22,439 nt of DNA from Chiloscyllium plagiosum (lineage: Eukaryota): NCBI RefSeq assembly GCF_004010195.1, contig NC_057719.1, forward strand, positions 36,829,442 through 36,851,880, given 5' to 3'. The position numbers and the translations under genes are program-made. Under the pieces are notes generated by a model. It was not told the DNA's origin. It made no database searches and worked only from the letters and a program-made list of their open reading frames with translations. How positions within the stretch are numbered: position 1 is the stretch's first letter; each line of letters opens with the position of its first letter. Shown here in pieces: positions 1-10,050 of the stretch.

Positions 1-289
1 GTTTTTAGCTTTGATACCATACTCAAAGTTGATCTAGGATATTGATTGATCTTATATTGTGCTCTTTCTGTCTTCTGTGCTCTTTCTGTTTTCTAAGAAG
101 CAATCAACTCCTGTCACTTAGTACCTGACACATGAAGTTCTGGATGATCAATTAACACACCAAAAAATGTCCCTGCTCCACTGGTACAACTCTGTGTGAC
201 TAATAAACAGTTCCTTGCTCTTATCAGTTACTTTTAATTGCAAATATACATTTGACAAATCTATTTAATTGCCCTATGGTAGTACAGTA

Positions 290-620
290 CTTGAGTATTT
301 CTGAAAAAAGATACAAATTTTTTGATCTTGCACTCATCAGGACAGTTCACAAGAATACCAATTTAAGGTATAAGCTATCATTCATACCATGTGAGAGGAG
401 ACTGCTAATTAGTTGGCGATCAGCATCTACTCTGATTGGCAGATGTGTTGCCTAAAGCACATATCAGTTAATGAACATCAATAGTTAACTGGTTTATATT
501 TCAAACCAGACAAGTTGGCTCTAATTTGGCAATGCATTACCCTGAGAAATAAATCAGCAAAAGGCTGTTGAAAAAGGGACATACATGCTAGTTCTGTCTG
601 CAAAGAACAGGGCCCTGTAA
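290..620 (-). repeat. Old interspersed repeat, possibly a Penelope-like terminus with a decayed hammerhead half-core
   Basis: Minus strand reads TGTC-CTGATGA-GTGCAAGAT-CAAAA at about 345-320: CUGAUGA intact, GAAA lost. The flanks resemble a repeat I recall from shark genomes. Boundaries approximate. Confidence 0.35.
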
Positions 621-1004
621 ATTAATTAATTATACTAATCATATGCAACCAATTTAGGATTGTTAGTTGGACTCTCAGTGTGATGCACTATGTACTAGAA
701 GCTGCATGTATACTTATATACATGGTCCTATTCTTTGTAGGCAGAAATGACATGTATGTTCTTCAACATTATCCTGGAACATCATTAACTGGTTAAATAT
801 TCCTGAGCAATACCTCAACTACACATGAGATCATTAAACCATATCCAGGTCCTTTTAACCACACTCTTTCATCAAACGTCACACATTATTGTTCTCACTG
901 CTTTGTGGCCATACATCTGGAGGGTTCCTGCCACTGTGTGCCATGCCCATTCCTCTACCCTTCAACCAGGGGGTTGAATCATCTTGACCTCTCTGGAGCT
1001 CTAC

Positions 1005-1405
1005 ATACCAAGCTTCAACCAACCTGATTCACTCCATGCAATATCAAGAAAGAGTTGGAGGTACAGGATACTGCAAATGCTGCAGGCCCTGACAATATCC
1101 AGCAATAGTATTCAAAATTCCTGCTCCAGAACTTGTTGCACTGCTGCCCCAGCTGTTCCAATACAGCCACAATACTGCCATCAACCTCGCAAAGTAAATA
1201 ATTACCCAGGTATGTCTTGTACACAGAAAGGATGACGCACCCTATCCGGCCAATTACTGCCCCATCAACCTCATTTTAATCAACAGCAAAGTGTTGGAAG
1301 TGGTGTCGGCAATGCTGTCTAGTGGTATTTGCTAAGAAATAACCTTCAGTTTGCGTTCTGCCAAGGCCACTCAAATCATGACCTCCTCACAGCCTTTGTT
1401 CAAAG
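1005..1405 (+). mobile_element. Decayed non-LTR (CR1/L2-group) reverse transcriptase fragment
   Basis: Frameshifted N-terminal RT motifs: AAGPDNI, APELVALLPQLFQ, PANYCPI (cf. PxNYRPI) and QFAFCQGHS (cf. QFGFRxGHS). Confidence 0.75.
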
Positions 1406-1408
1406 ACA

Positions 1409-1826
1409 ATTTGGTTTTCCTTATCTACAATAAGATTAAAATCACCCATAATTAATGTGCCCTTTTTTTGCATGCCCTTTTATCTCCTGATTTGTTCCCT
1501 GTCCTACAGAATAGCTACTGTCAGGAAGCATTTACGTTACTCCCACCAGTTCTTTCTTTTTGTTATTTCTTACTCTCACCCCAATGGATTCAACATCTTC
1601 CAATTCAAGATCATTTCTTGTAATTGTACTTATTCAATCCCATACCAACCCATCACACTTTCCATCCTGCTTATGTTTTCAAAATGTTATATACTCCTGA
1701 ATATGTAATTTTCCAGCTTTGACATCCTTGCAACCATTTCTTCCTAATGCCTATTAAGTCATATCATTACTTGTGCCAATAATTCATTAATTTTGGTTTG
1801 AATACTTTGCACATTTAAGTAATGAG
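1409..1826 (-). mobile_element. Decayed CR1 LINE ORF2 AP-endonuclease N-terminal fragment
   Basis: Minus strand gives YLNVQSIQTKINELLAQV (cf. YLNARSIRNKxDEL), then VRNNKKKELVGV and LIMGDFNL (the endonuclease GDFN motif), with stops and frameshifts. Confidence 0.75.
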
Positions 1827-2177
1827 AATGATTAGGATGAGTTGCTTTATTGTGATCTGGAGGATATTGAGACAAACAAGTGGCTGTGGGCCTATTTAAG
1901 GAAGATTCAAATTTAGTGAGGCAACTGCAGAGTAGTAAGGCAGAGGAGCTATTAGGCAGGGGAATAGGGAGAAAGGGCAAAAGATTGGATGAAGGACAGG
2001 AAAGACAAGACAGATGAGACAAACTGTTGTGTGGGACTGAGGAACAAACTATACTCGAGCAATGTTAATACAGTTAAACACCTCATGGTGGCAGTATTAC
2101 ATTTAAGACAAATAGATTGGCTCCCTAGTTGATAGGTTGCAAGAGGTTTCCTTGTGTGTTGTTCTTGGCTCACTTTG

Positions 2178-2285
2178 GAATTGGAATTAGATTTATTATC
2201 GTGTGTGCTCAAGTACAGGAGTACCTGTGAAAAGTATACAAAGTTACCATTCTCCAGCGCCATTTTAAAATACAAATACAAAACC
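2178..2285. repeat. Short unclassified interspersed repeat terminus
   Basis: gaattggaattagatttattatcgtgtgtgctcaagtacaggagtac...cgccattttaaaatacaa resembles an element end I recall from shark genomes; family not assigned. Confidence 0.3.
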
Positions 2286-2717
2286 AGATTTTTGAAGAAA
2301 TGAAAGAAACCAGGGAAAACTAAAAAGGAAAAATTTCAGATCTTAAAATCCCCTTCCAAAAGAAAACGAAAATGTCCAGATGTTAAAAGTCTTATCTTCC
2401 TGCACCTAGCTCTGGCCTGGAGTTTTGGTCAGCCTTGTCCTAGGACATGCTTCACCAATTACTTTTGTCGGCACAGTGAACACCAGGCACAAGTAAGTTC
2501 CAGAAACCCATTTTACTGGTGTTTAATATTCCTTTCCATGAACGTAAATTCCACCCACACAAAACATGAGCAGCTATAAAAAAACGTGTTCTAAGATTAT
2601 CTCTGTTCAGAATAGCAATGACCCAATGTGGCCAGCTTTTCTGTCTCAACTATATTTGACTAGGCTCAGTCAGGATTTTTCAAAAATATCATGTCACAGA
2701 ATGTCAACATCTCTGAA

Positions 2718-2899
2718 CAGCCAGCATTATTGCCAATCCCTAACTGCCCTTGAGATGTTGGTAAGCAATACTGTCCAGCTGGTGTAGATACACCCACAGT
2801 GGGTTTTACAAGTTCCAGGATTTTGATCCACTGACAGAAAAATAGCAATACATTTTTGAATCAGTGTTGTGTGTGATTTGGAAGGGAACTTGCAGGTGA
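2718..2899 (-). mobile_element. Isolated 3' end of an old LINE family (same family as 2905-5445)
   Basis: Collinear similarity to 2930-3130: gcattattgccaatccctaactgcccttgag versus gcatttattgcccattcctagttgtctttgag; both continue through ttccag(g/a)attttg to ttgcaggtgat. Confidence 0.7.
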
Positions 2900-4134
2900 T
2901 TTATTTCAGTCTTCTCTGGAATATCAATATTGCATTTATTGCCCATTCCTAGTTGTCTTTGAGGTAGAAGTGGTGAGCTGCCTTCTTGAATCACTGCAGT
3001 CTATTTGGTGAAGGTAGACCCGCAGGATGGCGGGAACAATAGTTAGGGAGGGACTTCCAGAATTTTGGCTCAGTGACAGTTGTTTGCAAGTCAAGATGGC
3101 GAATTCTTTGGAGAAAATTTGCAGGTGATCCCATGTATCTGTTGCCTTTGTCCTTCTAAATGGTAGTGATAATGGGCTTGGAAAATGCTATTTTAGGAAA
3201 CTCAGTGAATTTCTGCAAGGCTGCTTGTAGGTGATACACACTGATATGAGCATCTGTGGTGGATGGTGTTAATCTTTGTAGCTATGGCGCCAATCAAGCA
3301 GGCTGCTTTGTCCTAGATGGTGTCAAGCTTCTTGGAGCTGCTCTCATCCAGATAAGTGTAGAGTATCCATTGTAGTCCTGACATTTACCTTTGGAGATAG
3401 TGGACAGGCTTTGGGAGTTCAGGAGGTGCAAGCTCTAGCCTTTGAACTGCTCTTGTAGCCATAGTGTGTATACAGTTTCTGGTCAATGGCAAACCCCCAA
3501 GGTGTTGCTAGCAGGTGACTGAATGTCATGGGGTGATGGTCAGATTTTCTCTTATTTGAGATGGTCACTACCTGGCACTGTATAGCACATATGTTACTTG
3601 CCACTTGTCAGTCCAACCTCAGCCATTGTCCAGATCTAGCTGCATATGGCCATGGGTTGTTTTAGTATCTGAGATGTGAATGGTGTTGAACATATTGTAA
3701 TCATCAGTGAAAATTACCACTCCAACTTTTGATCTTATAATGAAGGGAAGGTCATAGATGAAGCACCTGAAGATGGTTGGGCTAAAGACACTACCCTGAG
3801 GAACTCCTGTAGAGATGTCCTGGAGCTGAGATGACTGATGTTCAATTACCACAGCCACCTTCCTTTGTGCCAGATATACCTCCAACTTTAGAATTAATGC
3901 AAACAAGATGGTTTTGTTCATTGCTCCTTGATGCCACACTGAGTCAAATATGGCCTATTTGTCAAGTACAGTCACTCTACCCTCACCTCTGGAATTCAGC
4001 TCTTCTGTCCATGTTTGAATGAAGGCTGTAATTAGGTCAGACCCTGAATGGCTCTGATGGAATCCAAACTGTGCAATGTTGAGCATATTATTAATGAGTA
4101 GGTTTTGCTTTGTCGAAAAGGGTCGTTAACACTA

Positions 4135-4268
4135 ATAGGAGAAAGTGAGGTCTGCAGACGCTGGAGATCAAAGCTGAAACTTTATTGCTGGAACAGCACA
4201 GCAGGTCAGACAGCATCTAGGGAACAGAAGATTCGACGTTTTGGGCATGAGCCCTTCTTCAGGAATAA
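4135..4268 (-). mobile_element. Penelope-like element 3' terminus (solo pLTR fragment) nested in the LINE
   Basis: gagaaagtgaggtctgcagacgctggagatc...gcacagcaggtcagacagcatc...gcccttcttcaggaat interrupts the LINE and contains a hammerhead-type motif typical of Penelope termini. Confidence 0.75.
4231..4266 (-). ncRNA. Minimal type-I hammerhead ribozyme motif with inactivating G12>A change
   Basis: Minus strand: ATTC-CTGAAGA-A-GGGC-TCAT-GCCC-AAAA-CG-TC-GAAT. Stem I ATTC/GAAT, stem II GGGC/GCCC, palindromic ACGT helix III, GUC cleavage triplet. GAAA is changed to AAAA at position 4242, a former CpG. Confidence 0.75.
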
Positions 4269-4627
4269 TTGGCTGGATTGGATTTCTCTAGCTTTTTGTG
4301 TACAATTCACACTGAGGCAACTTTCCATATTTTGGGGTAAGTGTGAGTACTGCAGCTGAACTGGAACAGTTTGGTTAGTGGTGTACAAATCTTCAGGACT
4401 ACTGCCACCATGTAGTCAGGCCTATAGCCTTTGTGGTATCCGGTCCCTTCAGTTGTTTCTTAAATCACGTGGCATGAATTGAATTGACTGAAGAATGGCA
4501 TTGGGATGCTGGAGACTTCCAGAGGAAGTTAAAATGAATTATCCACTCAGCTTTTCTGGTTGAAAGGTTCTGCAAAAGTTCTTACCTTTTGCACTGGTTT
4601 GCTAGGCTCCCCCATCATTGAGGATAT

Positions 4628-4815
4628 GCTAGTATAGCTGAGTTGGCTGGATGGTTGGTTTGTGATGTGGAGTAATACCAATAGAGTTCAATTCCTGCAC
4701 CATCTAAGATTACCATGAAAGATTCTTCCTTTCAACCTCTCCCCTCACCTGAGGCATGGTGACATACAAGTTATACCTTGAATTAGAGAGCAGGACAATA
4801 GTGACTTTATCTTTA
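4628..4815 (+). mobile_element. tRNA-derived SINE nested in the LINE
   Basis: A-box-like TAGCTGAGTTGG (4637-4648) and B-box-like GAGTTCAATTCC (about 4684-4695), followed by a short body and T-rich end. Confidence 0.6.
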
Positions 4816-6227
4816 ATGCCACAAAAGAAGTATCCTCAATGTGAAGACTGGACTTTACATCCACAAAGACTATGCAGTGGTCAATTCTTACTGATAATGA
4901 TCATGGAGAGATGCACCTGCAGCAGGCAGATTGTTGGTGCCCTCACCACCTGCACAGACCCTCTTTAGCACCAATGTCTTGACTAGCTCAATAAGTAGTG
5001 GTTCTAGGGGAACACTCATGGTGATGGACATGATATTCTCCATTGCACTCTAGCCCCTCTGCTTCCTGCAGCTGATGTTCAGCCATTACGTGGTGATTAG
5101 CAGGTTTCCTTAGCCATGTTTTGATAGCATTAGTGTTCACATGATCCAGCATCCATGTTGAGAATTCTTAGGGAAAATCCCTCTATTGGTCATAACAATG
5201 ACCTACCATCTCTGCTGGGTCCATCGTGCCAGTGGAACAAGATATATTGGGGAGGGTGAAACAATGTCTGGGACATTGTAAAGTAACAATTCCATGAGCG
5301 TGATGATGTAATGTTAAACTCGTCTCTAAAGCAGCTCTCCCAATTTTGGCACCAGCCTGCATATATTAGGACGGGGAACTTTGCTGGGTCAATGGGGTGA
5401 GTTCACCCTTGTAATTTTGGTTGCATAGGTTGATGCCTGATTTCATTAAGTAGTTTGTTGTCTATGAATTATCAATGTTGCTACTTTGATCGCCAACCAG
5501 CATTCTACACTAGAAAATAAATGTGCAAATAGAAATAAGGGAGTTTACAAGGTTAGGGTTGGGTTTGATGATAACTTAGACAATATTTCTGCTGAGATGT
5601 AACCTCATTAGCAAAGATAACTCGCCACTTTGAAGTAGTAAAAACCACTAGCACCTATTTGACTAACAGCAATCACATTTTTTAACTTAAACATTAAAAT
5701 ACATTTAGCAGATTCCAAATTATATTCTCAGATGTGAGACAGTTTTCTATGAATTTTGGTCATCTCTTAAATAAATGACCAAGAACTAGAAATAACCACA
5801 AAATAATTGGGACTTGAATTCATCACCTTCACGAAGTGCTCACTGCAATACTGCCAAAGAAATTACTGACAAATTTGACAACTTTGTGACGAAGAAAGGC
5901 AGTACATTTTGGCTCTGCTGAACTTTTTTTTATTATTGAGGATGCTTAATGGAGAAATTCTTCTTGAAACATCAATAACTTAAGAGAATGAAGTGTGATA
6001 TTTGCTTTCAGCAGCTCAATCAGACTTCATCAACAATTCAATCTGTATTACTTTTAGCCCTGAACACTAGCTTTATGACGTTCAGACCTTAAGCTGCAAT
6101 TACAGCATATGTTAAAGTGCCATGCATGTGTCAGGGGGTGCTATTAATGCATTGGAGAAGTGAAGCAATTTAAATTCCAGAAGTGGGCTCTTCATTAGAG
6201 CAGTTGTCTTTGTTCAAAAACTGAGTC

Positions 6228-6535
6228 ACCTGGATAGAATGTCTAAGAGGTTTCCATTCGAAGAAGTCTAGAACCTGAGGGCACAGCCGCAATGAAAGGA
6301 TGACCCTTTACAACTGAGTTGAGGAGAAACTTCCATTGCCAGCAGCTGCTGAAGCTGTGGAGGCCAAGTCACTGATTGTATTAAAGACAAAGGTAGATAG
6401 GCTCTTGATTAGTAAGGGGATCAAAGGTTACCATAAGGCAGGATAATGATTTAAAAACACATCAGCCATAATCAAATGACAAAACAGACCCAAACGGCCA
6501 AATGGAAATCTACTCTACTTATAGTCTTGTCTTTC
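6228..6535 (+). mobile_element. Decayed CR1 LINE 3' end
   Basis: gtctagaacctgagggcacag and gctgtggaggcc...gtagataggctcttgattagtaaggggatcaaaggtta are collinear with the younger CR1 3' end at 21570-21770 (gtccagaactagagggcatag; gtggtggaggctg). Confidence 0.7.
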
Positions 6536-8094
6536 ACAATATCTATTTTATTTCAAAGCTCCTGTAACTGCCTTCTTTTCTACCTACTTCATCTTTCCCA
6601 TGTCATTTTCCTCTTACCTATTTGCTCTTTAATTCACTGCCTCAATCAAATGATCTTTTATATTATTCAAGTCTCTGGCTTTAAATGGTTTGAATGACCT
6701 GTAAACTATTTAATCTGAGTCGACTATCTGTTGATTTAACCTCCATTTTTTCAGACTTTACTAATACCACATTGAGTCTTTCATATTTCCTCAGTGGCAT
6801 CTGATGCTTGCTTTGGCAGTTTGAACATGCACAACTCTATAACTAGTTGTACAATAGCATAACTTCATCAGATGCTACAGCAGCATTTCCTTTTGACCTG
6901 GACTGCATGTCATTGTCACTTAAACACTTTATATTTTTCTACTCCATGTGAGCTGAATGAACACTATAGAACACTGTGCTTGGCTTGAATCATATATAAC
7001 TTTAGTGTGACACAAAAGTAAAACATGAATACAATCAGTTGAATTTCAAGTAGCACTAAAGTTTGTACAAAATTACAGGATACATATTCTACGCTTACAT
7101 AATAATCTTTCCATATCCTGCCCTACACCAAAGATGCTGGTGGTCTAAGTTTCATATCCTTTTGGTGTCCATTTAATGTCTGGTTTCCAAAACCCAGAAA
7201 ATCTCCCTGCTGTTCCATTCTTAATTATCTCCATCTGTAACAATGAGCCTTCCTTCTCCCACACCATCAAAAATCAGTTTTTTAAAACAATGAAACATGT
7301 TTTTCCAAATACTCAAACTAATAAATCAACGATTGCTAATGCCTGCAAATATCAACTTTAAATTCGCAAATATATCCCCTTGTGAATCCAGTATCTTCCA
7401 CCTAATAGACGTTATCCACTTTAATTTACACCAATCCTCAGTAAAAGGTCATTTTCTTGCAATTTCCTCCATCCATACCTATATCAGCAACATTTGAACA
7501 AAACATTCCAGTTCATGTTGAGGATCACTACAATTTGCCTCCAAGCTACACTGAAAAGGCCTCAGTGGATTATACCTTCCAACAATTGTATTAACCAAAT
7601 TATTTGATTTGGTAATACCATAGGCAATGTGTGGGCATGGAACCTACTTCACTATATAACAAGGACAACATTAATTCAGATTCACTCATTATAACTGATT
7701 TAATCATTGAAATCATGAACACTTGGAAAATCACTCGTTACCTTAAATTACAGTGAGAGACTCGAAATCTTGATATATGCATAACACCATTTCTGCACTG
7801 CTGCTGCGTGGCAAATATTAGGCACATGGCTTTATGCCTAAAAATCTACTTGCTCACATCAACTTAGTAGTTAATATCCCAAATGATCATTGTTGTTCCT
7901 CATTATGTCAGACTCTGTCCCTCCTAGTTACATAGATTTATTTCTCTTCAGTAGGTTAACAGAAACTTTTGGTCTTTCTGCTCCACTGTTTCCTGTTCAT
8001 TGTGAAGGTCTCTCTCCTGATATCTGGTCATATTCCTAAATGATAACTTCAGTTCTTTTGTGGCAAAACTGCTGAAACAATTTCTCCTAAACTA

Positions 8095-8365
8095 ATATGT
8101 TCAAGTTCCACTTCAGAGATTTAAGCACATATTAAACTTGCAACATGGATTAAGTACTATACTGTCATTCTTCACATAATTAACTAAACCCTTGGCTACC
8201 ATTAACTGAATATTGCACTGTCTCAAAGAGAAAGGGAATCTTCCTGGTGCCTTGGCCAACATTTTTACTAAATGATAGTCATGTGTTCCATTGTTTGTGG
8301 AAGCTTGCTGTTCAATAATTAGTTACTATATTAAAAAGTGACTACTAGTAAATACTTCTGAATTT
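8095..8365 (+). mobile_element. Decayed Deu-domain SINE (SacSINE1-like)
   Basis: gttcaagttccacttcagaga (B-box region), then cctggtgccttggccaacattt and ttgtttgtggaagcttgctgt...agtgactac, resembling the DeuSINE central domain as recalled. Confidence 0.55.
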
Positions 8366-8377
8366 AAATTACTCATT

Positions 8378-8490
8378 AGGGGCACTTTTGGCACAGCTGT
8401 AGAGTTTACTACTGAGCCAAGACAATTCAAGTCCTATCTGTTCCAGGAACGTGTAATAACTTCACTGAACGGGTTGATTAGGGGGAAGAA
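8378..8490 (+). mobile_element. Short tRNA-derived SINE
   Basis: TGGCACAGCTG A-box-like and TTCAAGTCC B-box-like motifs, ending ...ctgaacgggttgattag followed by an A-rich tail. Confidence 0.45.
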
Positions 8491-8651
8491 AAATTAAAAC
8501 TGCTCCTTGAAGCAAAGAGTTCGAGAGTTTTATATAAGCCCAACCTGTTCTCTTACTAACTTGACATGGGAGCTTATACTTGGTTTTCTGTTGCTCTGCT
8601 TTATGTTTAAAAAAATCATTTCCCAATATTTCCATGCAATGTGTTATGACA

Positions 8652-8867
8652 GCCATGATTTGGAGATGCCAGTGTTGGACTGGGGTGTACAAAGTTAAAA
8701 ATCACACAGCACCAGGTTATAGTCCAACAGGTTTAATTGGAAGCACACTAGCTTTCGGAGCGATGCTCCTTCATCAGGTGGTAGATGAAGGAGCATTGCT
8801 CCGAAAGCTAGTGTGCTTCCAATTAAATCTGTTGGACGATAATCTGGTGTTGTGTGATTTTTAACTT
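8652..8867 (-). mobile_element. Foldback Penelope-like remnant (two inverted pLTR fragments plus ~37-bp tail) with 10-bp target-site duplication
   Basis: Inverted arms 8689-8775 and 8784-8870 (87 bp, 5 mismatches, 8-nt loop). Unpaired tail 8652-8688. TGTTATGACA flanks at 8642-8651 and 8868-8877. Confidence 0.85.
8746..8780 (-). ncRNA. Minimal type-I hammerhead ribozyme motif, core intact
   Basis: Minus strand: CAC-CTGATGA-A-GGAGC-ATC-GCTCC-GAAA-GC-TA-GTG. Stem I CAC/GTG, stem II GGAGC/GCTCC, palindromic AGCT in place of helix III, predicted cleavage after CUA. Confidence 0.75.
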
Positions 8868-9567
8868 TGTTATGACAACAATTACACTGAACAAGTCTAT
8901 ATTCAAGTTGAATCTTTATTGCATCTTCCACTCTGAATCCCAGCAAGATCGTCAAGCCTGATTACAGTATATCCTTCCCACTATCTTCAATATGTATTCC
9001 TCAAAATTATCCCTGACTTTTTAACCTCCAATCCAGGTATTTTCTTAATTTCTTGGAAATTCTCATGTATTCTTAGTAATACCTTCTTCAACAGTACAGA
9101 ATTTTAATATCTCATACTAATCACCAGCTCAAAAAGTCTGGCATACTTATGTTAAATTAACAAGGTAACAAGAGATATGTGTAGTTTGACAATCAAAACT
9201 CATGGCAGCATCTAGCAATATTTTATCATAGCGCACTTTATTAAAGTGATTTCCACTTATTTCTTGAACTGCTCCAACTTCAGGGATCCGGCTTTCTCAT
9301 TCAATCTCATAAGTAACCTGCACCTTAACGATTCTTCTGCTTCAACCATTCTTCCTGATAAACATTCTACATTCCTCAACTTAAGATCATATCACAAAGT
9401 TTTCAAATTCCTTTTCACTGACTTAATGCTTGCATTGCCAGTTCCTGGACAACGGATGGGGGTTGGGGATCCCTTCCCATAGGTAATTATCCAGAAATAA
9501 CAACAAATAAATATTTCTTATTACTTACAGTATTACTTATCTGTATATGTAATACTGTATAATGAAT

Positions 9568-9680
9568 TTTTGCAAAGTATTCAGTAAAGGAGAAAAAAGT
9601 TGCATTATATTGAGCACTATTTATTTCTTGGTCTTTTCTAAACAGTAAAGAGTTGCTCCTCTCTGTGCAGAGATTTATTA
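9568..9680. repeat. Direct repeat copy 1 (113 bp) of 12030-12140
   Basis: Manual alignment shows 7 substitutions and one 2-bp indel versus copy 2. Contains a minus-strand AATAAA at 9620-9625. Confidence 0.95.
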
Positions 9681-10050
9681 GCAATAATATGGTCAATGCA
9701 TTTGCACTTTATGCTCATGCACAATTCTATTTATTGTAATTACATAGTCTCTATGGCTCTAATTCTTTCATAGGAACTCAACATTTTAAATCTTACTCCC
9801 ACAAATCTTTAGTCAGATTTTTAAAGAAACAATCATTAAAAGGTAAAAAGGCTAGATTCATCAAGTCTTTCAATATTCTTTTCAGTTTTAGTGTTGTTGT
9901 GCCCAATAGTCCCTCGGTTCCTTGATGTAAAATAAAAGCCATCAATTGCAATTTACATAATTCTGCTGGGTGGGTACTTTCCACTACTGACTGTAGATAC
10001 ACTTTTAATTGCACAAAACATACAGACGTTGAAAGTAAAGAGTCACTACA

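Larger units (their letters stand above)
2905..5445 (-). mobile_element. Old, internally deleted CR1/L2-group LINE (endonuclease + RT + 3' tail) with two nested insertions
   Basis: ORF 3619-3939 carries YLAQRK...GVPQGSVFSP...FIYDLP...FTDD (RT motifs). An SDH-like endonuclease remnant (IDH) lies at about 4875-4887 and the 3' tail at about 2905-2990. The 5' boundary is approximate. Confidence 0.8.

Noticed and set aside
58..89. 18-bp-period direct repeat TGTGCTCTTTCTGT x2
   Set aside because: Only two units; ordinary slippage duplication, not CRISPR-like or regulatory on present evidence.
3701..3775. Other CTGATGA/CTGAAGA matches (3701, 3767; also about 6865, 10952, 11590, 17410, 19210)
   Set aside because: They lie in RT coding motifs or lack a paired stem followed by GAAA.
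8580..8955. Two antiparallel ORFs with nearly identical peptides (…KVKNHT…NLVLCDF)
   Set aside because: An artefact of the 87-bp inverted repeat, not a gene pair or toxin-antitoxin-like module.
1..9500. Exons of a convergent neighbouring gene (SLC25A29 is adjacent to YY1 in mammals)
   Set aside because: No mitochondrial-carrier-like peptide or convincing exon was found on either strand.
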